Shown: positions 27,940 to 42,210, counted from the stretch's first letter. The stretch: 64,000 bases of DNA from Eledone cirrhosa (GCA_964016885.1 OZ024740.1:201066001-201130000); one strand, 5' to 3'. Program-made: numbers and translations. The notes: a model not told the origin generated them from the sequence alone.

Positions 27940-28446
27940 ATTTTAGTCTACGACTTCTGCTATACCATTTACGTGGTTTTGTCTTTGCGTGCTATTGTTC
28001 TCCACGTTCCACATATGACGTATTATCTTCGTTTTTTCGTTCATTGCCAGAGAACGTCTCTATGCACCACCTAAGAGAACATTAGTCTACGACCTCTTTT
28101 ATACCATAAACGTGGTTCTGTCATTGCGCGTAATTGTTTTTCACCGCTCCTATTAATGACGTATTATTCGTTTTTTCCCGTTCTTTGTCAGCGAACGTTT
28201 CCACGAACCAAAGTATCGTCTTCCTGTCTTCCTGCGGTTACAAGGTTTTTTGAAATATCCAGTTCTGCGTTTACAGATTGACTTTGTTAGTTTCAGAAGA
28301 TCCGGTTAAGGGTGAAAGCAGCGATTCTTTGCTTAAACTTTAATCTGTTATTTTAATAAATATTTGCTCATCGGTTCTTATATATTTGATATATATTTAT
28401 CCTTATCGAACCCTCTTTGGATTTTAGTCTTCAAATTTATTATTAT

Positions 28447-28450
<4 letters not shown>
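27940..28450 (+). mobile_element. Solo pLTR of the 40089-42210 PLE family, with hammerhead variant 28289-28339
   Basis: Matches 39715-40046; AGTTT-CAGAAGA-tCC..GGt-GAAA-GCA..TGC-TT-AAACT. Confidence 0.8.
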
Positions 28451-28482
<32 letters not shown>

Positions 28483-28486
<4 letters not shown>

Positions 28487-28930
28487 CGTAAAATAAGAAA
28501 ATTATAAAATTAACTTACTTACTAACGGTTGTAGGCAAGCCGCTGTCTTATTAGCAAACCACTTTCCACTGATTGACCTCGATGTCACGTGTTCGATTCT
28601 TTTTGAATTTGCCACAGACGTAGAGGCAGTGATTTTCTCAATGGCTTGGAATTCAGTCCACGCTTCGCTATTTCCTACCCACTGAATTATTTTTTAATAA
28701 GTCTCCAGTGTCCTCGCTTTGCCTGGAAACTTACATGAGAATAGACTTTCCTGACGACGGAATGCTTCTCCATATCCTGGAAACTTACATGAGAATAGAC
28801 TTTCCTGACGACGGAATGCTTCTCCATATTATTCTTCGGATAATATATTTACTCCATTCCAGAAACTAATTAGTTGGAAGTGATATTTTAGTAAGTAAGT
28901 TAATTTTATAATTTTCTTATTTTAGGTCTC
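28483..28930. mobile_element. Element with terminal inverted repeats of about 43 bp and an internal 54-bp tandem duplication
   Basis: GAGACGTAAAAATAAGAAAATTATAAAATTAACTTACTTACTAA and its complement; duplication at 28723-28829. Confidence 0.6.
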
Positions 28931-29050
28931 TTATATTATTGTTCTGCAACCCCATGCATTGAACCACACTGTTATTAAGACAAAACCTATATATTTGCTA
29001 GCATTGATATGCATCTGTATGTATATATATGTTACTAGATATGAATTCTT

Positions 29051-29137
<87 letters not shown>

Positions 29138-29448
29138 TATGTATGTATACGTACATACATATATGTATACAGACGTACAGTAGCATGCATATATATATCT
29201 ATATACATATATATACATACAGGTACACATATATATATGTACGTATCAGTTTAACTGATACGCTAAACTGATACGTACATATATATATGTGTACCTGTAT
29301 GTATATATATGTATATATATATATATATATATATGCATGCTACTGTACGTATGTATACATATATGTATGTACATATACATACATACTTGCATTTAAGTAA
29401 GTGCCGTACTAAGAGTGAGAAATGAAATTTCGTTTCATTCTATTACAA

Positions 29449-29488
<40 letters not shown>

Positions 29489-29718
29489 AAAGGTACAGCA
29501 TATTCGAAGTTCGAGTAGCAGCTAAGCCAACGAATGCCTTCAGCAGTGCAGCCAAGCACTCGACAAGGTATAGACCTCAGTGTAATAACATACAGTTTAA
29601 AGGGCTTTGCAAATTGAAAATAGCGACCGCTAAATAGGCTGCGTGATCTGTAGCAACGAAAGAACTGACTAGTGAGAAAAAAATCCACACACACACATAC
29701 ATACACACAGATATATTT

Positions 29719-29777
<59 letters not shown>

Positions 29778-29864
29778 CGTATATGCACATACATACGTAT
29801 ATGCACATATCACCTTTTTGTTCAATATAAGGAGCTCTTAAGAGTCAATGGCCATCCAAATTCA

Positions 29865-30275
29865 CCGGGAGAGATGACCCCTTAGCCTTTGTCAAGGCAG
29901 AATTCTAGGAGAAGGAAAACTCTGATATAACACCTGCAACCCTGATGGTATCCAATGACGTTGACTTGTTCTTCTTTTTGGTAAATATCATCTTGGTTAA
30001 GAGAGTGGGACTGGCTTTGTGCAGTGCCTTTGCTCACTATAAAAGCTTCACGGCACAGGCATTGCTTTATATCTGGAGATCTCTCTGCACTTGTCATCAC
30101 ATGGTACCATGGGCCCAGCACTATGTGTCAATAATTGTCACAAGTGTAGTATTTGTACCAGAGTTTTCAAGTCGCTGGCTGGACTAAAAAGTCACACTTG
30201 TTCAGCGCATCGGTAGGGGTTCTCCTACATGGATATAAAGTAGTGGCCGTACTCGAAAACGAGTTGGCAGCCACC

Positions 30276-30277
<2 letters not shown>
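29865..30277 (+). mobile_element. Family C short element, copy 2
   Basis: Reverse complement of 11090-11502. Confidence 0.85.
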
Positions 30278-30308
<31 letters not shown>

Positions 30309-31413
30309 GGAAAAGCGAAGTAGTTTCAGATGTTCAAGTCCTTTAATAATAATGCTGTGATATATATTTCAATGACGACACTGGCCACACTGTTCTGTGT
30401 GCGAGTGTCGTGTCATCATCAGACAGCTTGTTACATAATAAGGTTATGTTTCCGAGGCAATCCAAACTGAATCGACATGGGAACGGATGAAGTTCGTGCT
30501 TTTGGGTTTTTCATCCGTTCCCTTGTGAGTACCAATTCACCCCCACCGGTCTGCGCAAGCGCATGTCCGAAGGAAGTTGACCATTAGCCACCGCAGAGAT
30601 TAACGAAATTCACTGTCAGTTCACCCTCTCGGCCAAAACAATGGCCCACCTATGCCCTACCAAAGTTTACTGCTACCCATCACTACTGTGGCAGTCAGCC
30701 GAAAGCCAGAGGGGATGGGGGGTGTTATTTTTTATAGGTCATAATACTACCTTTCACTAAGCGTTGACAGCAAGACTGACCATCAACTCATGAGGGAAAA
30801 TTAACATAATTCTAGGTACCATTTTACATTGTAAGTTAAGATTTGGAAATAAAAATTAAAAATTAAAATCCTGAATCAAATATCAGTGGGGGTGGGGGTG
30901 AATTGGTACTCACAAGGGAACGGATAAAAAACCCAAAAGCACGAACTTCATCCGTTCCCATGTCGATTCAGTTTGGATTGCCTCGGAAACATAACCTTAT
31001 TATGTAACAAGCTGTCTGATGATGACACGACACTCGCACACAGAACAGTGTGGTCAGTGTCGTCATTGAAATATACATCACAGCATTATTATTAAATCCA
31101 CTTAGGCGGTGGATTGGCAGTATCGGTAGAGGGTCGGACGCCATGCTTTCCAGCATAGTTATGTCCCTTTACGATCTGAGTTCAAATCCCGCCGAGGTTG
31201 ACTTTGCCTTTCATCCTTACGGGGTCGATAAAATAAAGTACCAGTAATGCACTGGGTTATTGCTGGCCTTGTGCCTAAAGTAGAAACAATTATTATTAAA
31301 GGACTTGAACATCTGAAACTACTTCGCTTTTCCTTATTCGATATTTACTCCGTCACTCCTATGTGGAAAAAGTACGTTGAGTGCTTGAATTGAATTGCAT
31401 CAATATTAACCCT
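30309..31413. mobile_element. Family F fold-back with hammerheads at 30354-30427(-) and 31011-31084(+)
   Basis: GCTGT-CTGATGA-TGACacGACACT..AGTGTC GTCAtt-GAAA-TATATA-TC-ACAGC; flanked by (TA)n. Confidence 0.9.
31097..31288 (+). mobile_element. SINE family B insertion with 12-bp target-site duplication
   Basis: ATTATTATTAAA at 31085-31096 and 31289-31300; absent from the opposite arm. Confidence 0.9.
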
Positions 31414-31430
31414 AATATATATATATATAT

Positions 31431-33253
31431 ACGATATTAAACAAATGGAAATTACATTTATAAAACCATATTTATTTCATTATATATATTTCAGGGATAT
31501 CATATTAAAAATATGGTATGCCCTCTTCAGACAAAATACAATATATAGACAGTTTTATAAATAAATTTGACATACCTTAGAGTTTACAACTTCCATTTAA
31601 AAAGTTGTTACGGTAGTGAAAATGTTAAGGACGGTTAGAAAGAAAGACGGAGAAAAAAGGGAAAAAAGAAAAAGAAAAAGAAGGAGAAAAGAAAAAGAAA
31701 GAGCGGAAAGTGAAGAAGATGAAGAAATGTATGTAAAGAGAAAACACCAAATGAGAAATCTATGAGGGAAGGGGGTACTGTAATTATTCATTTGTTTATT
31801 TATTTATTTAGTGTTAAGGATACGGGGAGAAATAAAAACAAAAATAAATAAGGAGAGGTAGATCGAGTAATATCTATTATACGAGGTGGGAGAGATAGGG
31901 GAGGGGTGATATACAGGAGATAGAGTTAAAACAGCCGATATAAGAGTAGAAGGGATGATTTTTGAATGATTTCTGCTAAATAGGTTTGGTGAATAATTTT
32001 GGTTTTGTTTGCTTTTGACTCTGATTGCTTCTAATAAACTTGGCAATATTGTCAAATAAATTGGAGGGATTGATTGATATGCTGGGCACACTGTGTTTTT
32101 ATTACGGCCCTAGATATTCTGGGGAGGAAAATATTCTTGGCGTTTTTAATATTTTAATATATTGATATCTGTTCTATTCTATGCTTGTACGATAATCATG
32201 TAAGAAAGGGCAAGAATATTATTATTATTAATAATGTATATTTTATGTATATATATATGTATGTACACTTATGTGTATGATAAAATCTTTTTGACGCAAT
32301 GAAGAGTTCCATGTGAAATAAAAATTTACAGAGCTGATCATGTAAACTCACATGTGTCTATAATGTCAGTTTGAGATAACCTTCTCTTTTTCTTTCTCTT
32401 TTCTCTTTTTTCATGAAAATACATATATACCTATGTATTCCAGTATTTTTTAAGGTTTTATCTCAGATTTTGATTATAAACCTATGAATTTTTAAACTAA
32501 ACATATAGTCACTATTTTTTTCACACATTATTGATATGTGTCTCATTCATGAATATTGATATTTACATTATAATTCATAGGAATTGATAGACTGATGAAA
32601 CATAATATTTTAAAACTATCATTTTTGTTTCTAAGTATATCTCCTCTCCTCCTCCCTTCTACTCTTATATCGGCTGTTTTAACTCCATCTCCTGTATATC
32701 ACCCCTCCCCTATCTCTCCCACCTCGTATAATAGATATTACTCGATCTACCTCTCCTTATTTATTTTTGTTTTTATTTCTCCCCGTATCCTTAACACTAA
32801 ATAAATAAATAAACAAATGAATAATTACAGTACCCCCTTCCCTCATAGATTTCTCATTTGGTGTTTTCTCTTTACATACATTTCTTCATCTTCTTCACCT
32901 TCCGCTCTTTCTTTTTCTTTGCTCCTTCTTTTTCTTTTTCCTTTTTTCTCCGTCTTTCTTTCTAACCGTCCTTAACATTTTCACTACCGTAACAACTTTT
33001 TAAATGGAAGTTGTAAACTCTAAGGTATGTCAAATTTATTTATAAAACTGTCTATATATTGTATTTTGTCTGAAGAGGGCATACCATATTTTTAATATGA
33101 TATCCCTGAAATATATATAATGAAATAAATATGGTTTTATAAATGTAATTTCCATTTGTTTAATATCGTAAAATACTCCAAAATCTGTTGAGTGCTTTTA
33201 TATCAGTTATAAAATATTTACTCGTTGTAACCCAACATTTTAAATAAAACTTT

Positions 33254-33255
<2 letters not shown>
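31431..33255. mobile_element. Fold-back unit, arms about 520 bp, hammerhead-like core at 33067-33118(+) and 31480-31533(-)
   Basis: 31431-31952 is complementary to 32655-33170; CTGAAGA-GGG..CCCt-GAAA-TATA-TA; same family as 49169-49890. Confidence 0.88.
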
Positions 33256-33290
<35 letters not shown>

Positions 33291-33388
33291 TTATAGGTAC
33301 GTGTGACCATGTGTGTTTGAGAGTGTGTAATAATAATATTATATATATATATATATGTGTGTGTGTGTTTGTGTGTGTGTATATGTAC

Positions 33389-33449
<61 letters not shown>

Positions 33450-33505
33450 GATATATATAGGAGATCGTGTATATATCTTATCAAATGATTCTATGGACAT
33501 ACGTT

Positions 33506-33546
<41 letters not shown>

Positions 33547-35085
33547 CTTTATTTATTTATAGGTATGTGTGAGCATGTGTGCCTGTGAGAGTGTGTAATA
33601 ATAATATTATTTGTTTTATTCCTCAAAGGGCTTTCAAATTATCCATTAATTCCCGATGGAAGCGTTCAGCTGTCTAAGAAGTTTATAGATATCTAATTTT
33701 CACAAAATATATTTTATATTTTTCATTTTTTCATCACCACAATTTATCTAGAAATAAAACATTCGATTTGCTTGTTTAATTCTCGATTTCATTTCTGGAA
33801 GGTTCATCTGTTATATACTCCTTCTAGTAGTGACATCCTTACAAAAAATATGCCACTGTTGTTTCAACATTCAGTTTAGCTGACAAAATGTTCGAAACGG
33901 TTTTGTTTTCGAAATTCCGATATTAACAATGCAGTTATTAAATACAGGCTGTTTGGCTAATAATCATAAGGTTGTGTGTTCGTTTCACGACACCCCGTTG
34001 TGTCTTTAAGCAAGTCATTTTATTTCCTATTGTTCCTGTAGACGTTCGAAATTGCATTCGAATATTTTATAAAATAAAACCGAAGTTTTGCATAAATTCA
34101 AACGGAGTTGATCCTTAGACTGTGCAATTTCAGTCTTTGCTACAAAAGCAAAAAATGTGAGTAACGAAAACGTTTTATAACTAGGTGGCGTCATAGTATT
34201 TTCCTAACGTGTCCCTATTTCTGTGGTTAGAGATTTTCCTTTATATATTGTCCAACCTAAAATAACTTTCACATGGAAAATGACACAATATATGTTATGC
34301 CAATGCCAAGGAGAGAAGACCAGCAGCTCCCGTTAGTGTTTCCGGAACTGTTGAAAGAACGCGAGGAAAGTAACATCTGAGTGGAGGCATGGATGTATTT
34401 ACAACAAAGTGAAAATTCCACTAAAATCACTCAAATACTAGGTGATGGTGTGAAACTGGGCGAACGATTACATCTATCACTCAAGAACTCAGAAGGTAAA
34501 AAGCATTTTGTCTTACGTTCAATCATCTCTACCATTAAGCGCTACTTTTGTGGTTTACAGAAGTGATATCGCCGAAATTTAAACCTTTATTCGTCTCGTA
34601 TATTCACTTTAAAGAATTTAGGTTTTTACTTGTTTGTAACGTATATTGAATATGTCAAACACGTTTTTAAAGATAAAAGAAAAGTTAGCTTGTTAAATGT
34701 GTAATATATCCTTTCTTTCTTATTCCCTATTCGCCAAATGACCACCCCTCCTATTTAAGGCATTATGAAATTCTCATTTGTAATAATGCGAATGATTCCC
34801 ATAAACATAGTGCTATATATCCTATATATATCCTATTATGTTGTAGGTCTAGTTCTATTGATATCTATAATCTATTTTGTATTAGACCTAACTCTAGTTA
34901 CGTGTAATCTAATTTGTTATCTCAGGTATCTCAGCCTTCTCAATAAAGGACTTTAACATCTGAAACTACTTCGCATTTTCTTATTCTAAATATATTCCGT
35001 TATACCTAAGTGGAAAAAGGACGTAGAGCGCTTGAATTGAATTGCATCAATATTTACTGTAAGTATACATACATACATATATGCA

Positions 35086-35153
<68 letters not shown>

Positions 35154-35470
35154 TTAGGTTGAACAATAAAAGAAATAAGGCATGGTTTAGTAGTTAAAGG
35201 GCAAAATAAACAAAGATGTTAAGGATATATTGACTAATCAATAACAATACCAGTTATACAACTCCATCGTATTGGCTTCAGCAAAATTCAGCAAAATGTA
35301 TCCACAGTGCCGATACTTATATATATCTAACTCTGTAGGATTTTAATACTCAACAACATATAATAAAATAACACTTTTCTGTAAAATCAAATTTAACATA
35401 GTTCGATTTCTACACTACATTTAGTTTTTGTAGGTTTGGTGTTATAAATCCAACCTTAATGAATAGAACG

Positions 35471-35502
<32 letters not shown>

Positions 35503-35533
35503 TATAATTTTCGGCGGAAGAGGGCAGTACGTA

Positions 35534-35573
35534 GCTCTGATGATTGCCAAACAACATGAAACAGACTGTTAGC
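35534..35573 (+). ncRNA. Minimal type I hammerhead, weak stem II
   Basis: GCT-CTGATGA-..-GAAA-CAGACTG-TT-AGC. Confidence 0.65.
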
Positions 35574-35759
35574 TTCTCTGCCTTCTTTCCCCGAAAAGAA
35601 GTAAGTGACATAGTCACTACTTTAAAAATGATAACGTAAGTTCTTCAAAATGTTTTTAATTAAACATATGGTATATTACCAATATACTATGCATACATTT
35701 ATGTATACATCGCTATTTCAGAGCCACCAATCCTAATATATATATATATATATATAGGG

Positions 35760-37960
35760 CGGGTAAAATTCCCGAGATCCAGGGACGTTCTCTCCAGCGG
35801 TCTCTGTCCTTCAACATCACCGCCATGTTTTGCGTCTCCCTCTTCTAGTGTGTCTGTGCAGGGGCTCCCACGGGAGCACTGAATGCAGTATCAACACTGA
35901 ATGTCGGTGAGCATGTCCAGCTAACCTCAATCTCCTCTGTGTTACTTTCGCGCCGACCTTTTCGAGCTCTGATTTCTTCATCCTCAGTGTATGCTGATTA
36001 ATGTTCAGAGCCATCCTCAGTATTCTCGTGTAGCACCCATCCATCATTTGAGTGAGTTTCTTGGTCAGTGTCCAAGTCTCAGACCCGTACAGTGCCACAG
36101 ACTCCACTGAAGCAATGAAGAGACGGATCTTCAGGTCTTTACGAAGGTCCAACTTCTACACCTATCTCAAATTGTGCCACGCCGCCCAGACTTTGCCCTT
36201 CCTATCAACCACATTACCCTCTGTGTTCCCAATCTTTGCTCCCAGATACAGGAAGTCCTCAACCAATTCTAGCGGGTTCCCGCCTACATTCATAATCTTC
36301 TCTGGCTTCTTAATGTGCTCTACCAGATACTTCGTCTTAATTTCATTTATTCTCAGCCCCACACTCATAGACACAGTCTCCACCTCCTGCATCAACCCCT
36401 CTGCTTCCTTCACTGTGTTTGTCACCAGAACTATGTCGTCAGCAAATTCAGCATCTGATATCTTTTTAGCCTTAATGAGATCTCCATTATTTGGCACTAG
36501 GACGATGTTAATGATCTTCCACTGATTCGAGGCAACTTCGTTTTCCAGTGCCTGGTTACAGAACTCCAGGATGATCTCATCAAAATCACACCTCTTCATC
36601 ACCTCTGATGCCACTCCTTCTTCTCCATTGGCCTTGCCCTCCTTCATTTTCTTCTTGGCTCTCTGAAGTTCCTCTCTGGTGAAGGATCCTGTCTCAATAT
36701 CCAGTTCATCAAACAGCTGCCTGATCTCCCCAGTGTTCTGGGCTGTGAAAGGTGGCTTTCCTAGTTGGGTCTTAAAATGATCCAGCCATTTCCTCTTCCT
36801 ATCCTCGTCCCTCTTCCTGGATCTGACTCTCGAACTCCCTATTTTCCTCCCTGTGATCTTGTTGATGATTGCCCAGCTCTCTTTACACCTAGACCTGTCA
36901 ACCGCTCTCTCCACATTTCTGATCTTCTCAATCAGCGCTTCGTCACACTTTCCCCAGTCCCTCCAATCTCTCTCTCCGCTGCCTCTCCATATTGAGCACT
37001 GAACCTGTCCCTCACTTCTACTGTGTACTTCTCCTGTAGCTTATCATCTTCCTTGAAAGCTCCCCGGTCATAGATTGCCCTCCAGGGCTAAGCCTTACTC
37101 TTTCTTAAGCTCACCTAGACCTCACTCATAACAAGCCGGTGGTCACTACCCAGTGTACTGAAATAATTGTATGGTTCTGTGTTCAGAACACTATTCCGCC
37201 ACTTCTTCCTCACCAAAATGAAAATCAATCTGGGACTTGGACAAGTGCATATCAGAAATGTAGGTCCAAATCTTCCCCGGATTCTTCCTAAACCTTAGGT
37301 TAGTTGCCATAAAGTTCGTCCCCAGCAGGGTATCCCTCATTAGTCTTCCATTTCGGTTGGCGTTGTTATGGCAGTACCCGCAAGGATCTTCACTGCTCTC
37401 CTTACTCAGATGTGCTTTGAAGTCACCCAGAACAAGGAGGGTGTTATGAGCTGATGTGATGTTGAATACACTTCCTCATGGACTCCTCTGCACTCACATC
37501 ACTGTGCCCCTCGGTTGGACTATAGGCTGAGATTATTGTCAGTCTTGGGTTTCCAATGAAGGTCACCATCAACGCTCACGGTGTTCTTGGTTCACAAGTA
37601 TCTGCATACTACTCTCCTCGAACAGATGCCCCTACTCCGGCGTCCGAACAGTCCTCACATTCAGAGTGCCGATTTTAATGGCCCTTCTGCAGGACAAAAA
37701 TGTAAACTATATTTGTCTTTCCCTGTGGCTCTAAACCAGCAGAGTCATAACGACCAGGGTGTTCCTTGAGAGTGTAATTAGGGGCTCTAGCCCTAGTTCT
37801 ATTAAATACACTCTACATGGTTCTTTTCAACGGCTTATAATACCTTACCGGTGCCACTCGAGTAAGGTAATTATTTAACCCATAAATGGGGCCCTAACAG
37901 GTACTACTACACCGGGCCAGAGCAGACCTGGGAGTGAAAACAACTGGTAAGAAACAGCAC
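35760..37960 (-). mobile_element. Decayed RTE-clade LINE (APE plus RT with internal deletion)
   Basis: GDFKAH, SQIDFILV, SDHRLV (APE); EFADDIVL, FLYLG, ALYGSETWTL, RRLRLAGHAHRH. Confidence 0.85.
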
Positions 37961-38097
37961 TGTAAGGAATTTTAGTTTTTAGTTTTTCCACCTTAAAACA
38001 TATGGTGTTCCCAAAATATGTGTTTATATATATATGTACAGAAAACTATGTTTCTCTAACGATATATTACTATATACATATATTTCTTTAAAATTTG

Positions 38098-38138
<41 letters not shown>

Positions 38139-38140
<2 letters not shown>

Positions 38141-39705
38141 AAAACAGTCAGAACCCCGACGGCTGAGCTCCGGCCGTTTCGACAGCTAGTTCTGAACTAA
38201 CGCAGTATTGTTAGCACAGCAGTAGTCTGCCTGAACTTATCAAGGGATAATTCCATATATGGGCATGGACTCGTGTCAAGGAGTTTTCAAAGTTGTTTTC
38301 ATCAAGAAAGTGGTCAAAGTTTTTGTAAACACAGTTAAATTCATTTCATGGCTGAACTTGCCTGTAGAAGAGGGGGAAGGAGTAATATGATAATTTGACC
38401 TGTGGATGTAAGCCGGTCATGCGTTAAGAGGGAATTCTATACAGCTATCTCTAAAAGGGTTTGGGGAACTTATGATATTCAACGAACACGTGCCATATTA
38501 CAACCAGGCTCTCAAGAGAAGCGGCTTCCGGAAGGACATCTCATATTATCCAGACTCTTCTAGTGGATCAAGCGGGCGGCGCCGCCGCTCATGCCACGTA
38601 ACGTGGTTCAACCCTCCCCACAATGCCGAGGTTGCAACACCAATTGGGAAGATTTTTTTAGACTCCTCGACAAACACTTCCCACCACAACGCCGCTACCA
38701 CAGTATCATCAACAGAAACACCGTCAAAGTTTCCTACAGCACTACACCCAACTTCGCCCAAAACATCGCTTCTTCAAACAACAAAAACTCCTCTCTAACG
38801 CAAGAAATAACCTTGATATTAGTCGAGAGCAGACTAGGAGGTGTAACCGTCTCCTCTTACTTTTCTTTTTTTCTTCATTAGTTGCACACTTCTTTACACT
38901 TAGGCGGCCCATCGCTTATTTTCATTTCAACATCATTCTTCCTTTGATTAACCCTAGTATCTCCACCCCTGTTGTATCTATATAGCACTGGCTGAAAATA
39001 TAGCCGGTGTTTTCTCTTTTTTTTTTTGGGGGGGGGGGGAGGTGCATCATTACGGACGATTTTATTGATAATTTACCACTATGAAACGATGTTTTAGTGT
39101 TTTGGATGAACTAATAACTAAATTTTGTAGATTTTATTAATTTGGAATTTGTATCAGATTCTATTTGCTTAAATTTTATAAATTTTATAAATTTGGAATT
39201 TTCTATCAAATTCTACTTGCTTTGCCTCCTAGTCAACGCTTAATTCCACGATATCTTTATTTATCATAAGTTTCCTAACGCCTTTTAGAGATAACTGTAT
39301 ATAATTCCCTCTTAACGCATGACCGGCTTACATCCACAGGTCAAATTGTCATATTACTCTTTCCCCTTGTTTTACAGGCAAGTTCAGCCACCTCCACCCC
39401 CACCCGCCGCCATGAAGGAATTTATCTGTGTTTACAAAAACTTTTACCACTCCCCTGATGAAAACAACTTTGAAAATTCCTTGACACGAGTGCATGCCCA
39501 TATATGGAATTACTCCTTGATAAGTTCAGTCAGACTACTGCTGTGCTAACAATACTGCGTTAGTTCAGAACTAGCTGTCGAAACGGCCGGAGCTCAGCCG
39601 TCGGGGTCCTGACTCTTTTCCTATTACCCACTCTACTACCAAAATTATCGAGTACACTGGTGCGTTATGGTCCACCTAGTTCCTTACCACACTTCCTTCG
39701 TTATA
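38139..39705 (+). mobile_element. Truncated PLE with inverted pLTR (38139-38312 versus 39455-39622) and coding remnant 38472-38790
   Basis: YYNQALKRSGF, TWFNPP, LLDKHFP, INRNTVKVSYSTTPN; begins at (TA)n. Confidence 0.85.
39449..39607 (+). ncRNA. Type I hammerhead with about 118 nt in the stem II domain
   Basis: ACTCCC-CTGATGA...AGCTGTC-GAAA-CGGC(loop)GCCG-TC-GGGGT. Confidence 0.6.
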
Positions 39706-39884
39706 TATATTTTTTCTTTGCGTGTAATTGTTCTCATCGTTCCACATAACGACGTATTATCTTCGCTTATTTCCGTTCATTGCCAGGGAACGTCTTCACG
39801 AAGCAAAGTATCGTCTTCCTGTTTTCCTTCGGTTGCAACGTTTTTCGAAATATTTACTTCTGCGTTCACAGATTGATTTTTTTT

Positions 39885-39935
39885 AGTTTCAGAAGATCCC
39901 ATTAAGGGTGAAAGCAGCGATTCTTTGCTTAAACT
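39885..39935 (+). ncRNA. Hammerhead variant (CAGAAGA core) in the upstream pLTR of the PLE
   Basis: AGTTT-CAGAAGA-tCCCattaaGGGt-GAAA-GCA..TGC-TT-AAACT, about 150 nt before the ATG. Confidence 0.7.
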
Positions 39936-40088
39936 TTAATCTGTTATATTAATAAATATTTGCTCTATTGTTCTTATCTATTTGATATATATTTATCCTT
40001 ATCGAACCCTCTTTGGATTTTGTCTTCACATTTATTATTATTACTATTTGGTTCCCTCAGTTGAGCACTCTATTGACTTATATTCATC

Positions 40089-42210
40089 ATGCAGAAACAA
40101 CAGCTGAATATTTCTACAAAGAACATACCCGTACCTAGCAGGAAGACATATCTAAAACTTCTGATACAGAAAACGGATTTGTTCTTTAAAAGGTTGCGTT
40201 GGCGTGCCTTTTATTTCGATAACCAGGAAAAAGCGGACAATAAACAAGATAAATTTGGGTTTAAAACTTATAATAACCCTCCGAGTAACCCAGCATTGCT
40301 ACCCTTTGAAAACGATGTCTTGGAACTCATACGGAGTATCAAATTTCGGAATAGGAGCAATTCCTTCCAGCAGGACCCTGAAGAATAGAATTCGTTCTAT
40401 TAAGGATTCTAACGCCGTGTACGTCCATTCCGACAAAACTGGAAATCTATATCAAGTGGAGCGCAGTACTTACCATCACAGCTACATAATGCTGTAACTA
40501 AGGATTACCAATCAGAGTGTCATTAATGACATCAACGATGCTGGGTTTTAAATCACTTCTGAACTCAACATCCAGGACCGGATGAAACTCTGGACCCTAT
40601 TTCTCCCCCACTTTACCCTGAAGGATCACAAACCCAATTTCGCCAACAAACCCTCTATTCGGCTAATTAACCCTACGAAGTCTGATTTGGGTAGACTTAG
40701 TCAAAGGATTTTAGATAGAATTATACTTGAAATTAGAAGCTTGGCCCCTCTTGCACTGTGGAATAATTATTTCGTGGTGATTGATTGGTTCAATGGCATA
40801 AACAACAAGGAACATTGCCGTTTTATCCAATTTGACATCACTAACTACTACTCCTCCATCACTTTACCACTTCTTCTTAGAGCTATCAATATCGCTAAAA
40901 CGCTCACAGTGGTTAAGGATTTCGAAGTTGATGTCATCATTAATGGCCGTAAGTCGGTGATTAATTTCGACGACTCTATTTGGATAAAAAAAAATCTAAT
41001 AGTACCCCATTCGACGGGAGTATGGGCGCCAGCGATCCGGCGGAGGTTACTGATCTTACCTGCCTTTTCCTTCTTTTCTCTATTAAGGAAGAATCCCCCA
41101 ACGTGGGCGATGGTTTGTACCGCGATGACGGTCTTTTGACCATGACAAAGTACGGTCCACGCGCTTGCGACAGGTTCGGAAAAGAACTCACAGCCTTCTT
41201 TAAAGGCGTCAACCTCTCCATACAGGTTGAGGCCAACCTCTCGGTCGTTAATTACCTCGACGTTAGCCTCAATTTGTCGAATGTCTTGCACTACCCGTAT
41301 CGGAAAGCCGAATGATACGCTTAATTACATAAGTAAGCATGCTAACCATCCTGCCAGCATAACCAAGAACCTGGTAAGAAACGTTTCTTTGAGGCTTTCC
41401 CGTCTATATACAAGCGAGCGTATTTTCACCGATCATTTCACATATTACAATGAAGCTCTTGCTCGGAGTGGATTTGTCGATAAGGTAGCATATAAGTATG
41501 AGCATAAAACCAAGGAAAAATAGATCTCGTCGCATTATGGTATAACCCACCATATAATATGCAGGTGGCCACACCATTAGCTAAGATCTTTCTCTCCCTT
41601 ATTAAGAAGTATTTTCCCTCAGCACATAAATATAATAAAATGTTTAATAGAAATACCATTAAAATATCTTACTCTACGACTCCTAACCTTGCACATAACA
41701 TCACTGCTTCAAATTTAGCCAAATTACCTAGCCGTAGGAATACGTTCAAACCCTGTAGCTAGTACTAACTGTATTTGTAGGAATCAGGTTGACTGCCCTC
41801 TATCCGGGAAAGGCCTCTCCAGTAACATTGTCTACAAATGTAAGGTCGAAACACCCACGCCTAGTAGGGTCTACATAGAGTTAACCGCCAATAGATTCAA
41901 GCAGCCTCTTTACATGCACACCCATTCTTTTCTTAACCTTTTAAGAAGGAATCTGACGTCACTTTCAGCATATATCTGGAGTCTAAAAGACAACCACACC
42001 CAATATAGGTTACACTGGGAGATCCTAGCTAAAGCTAGATCGTACAACGGAAATAAAAGACCATGCGATAATTGCGCCACCGAAGCCCTGGAAATACTCT
42101 ACGCCAATGATCACATCTTAAACAAAAAATCTGAGGCAATTTCGGCTTGTAAACACAAATTGCATAAAACTTTCCTGTATTACAGCCCCACATTATATCC
42201 TAACGGATAG
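40089..42210 (+). pseudogene. Full-length frameshifted Penelope-like ORF (RT YRDD type plus GIY-YIG); clade not assigned
   Basis: STKNIPVP..RLRWRAFYF, SDKTGNLY, TLKDHKPNF, RLINPTKS, QFDITNYYSSI, MGASD, GLYRDDGL, NYLDV, WYNPP, IVYKC..VYI, LSAYIWSLK. Confidence 0.9.
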
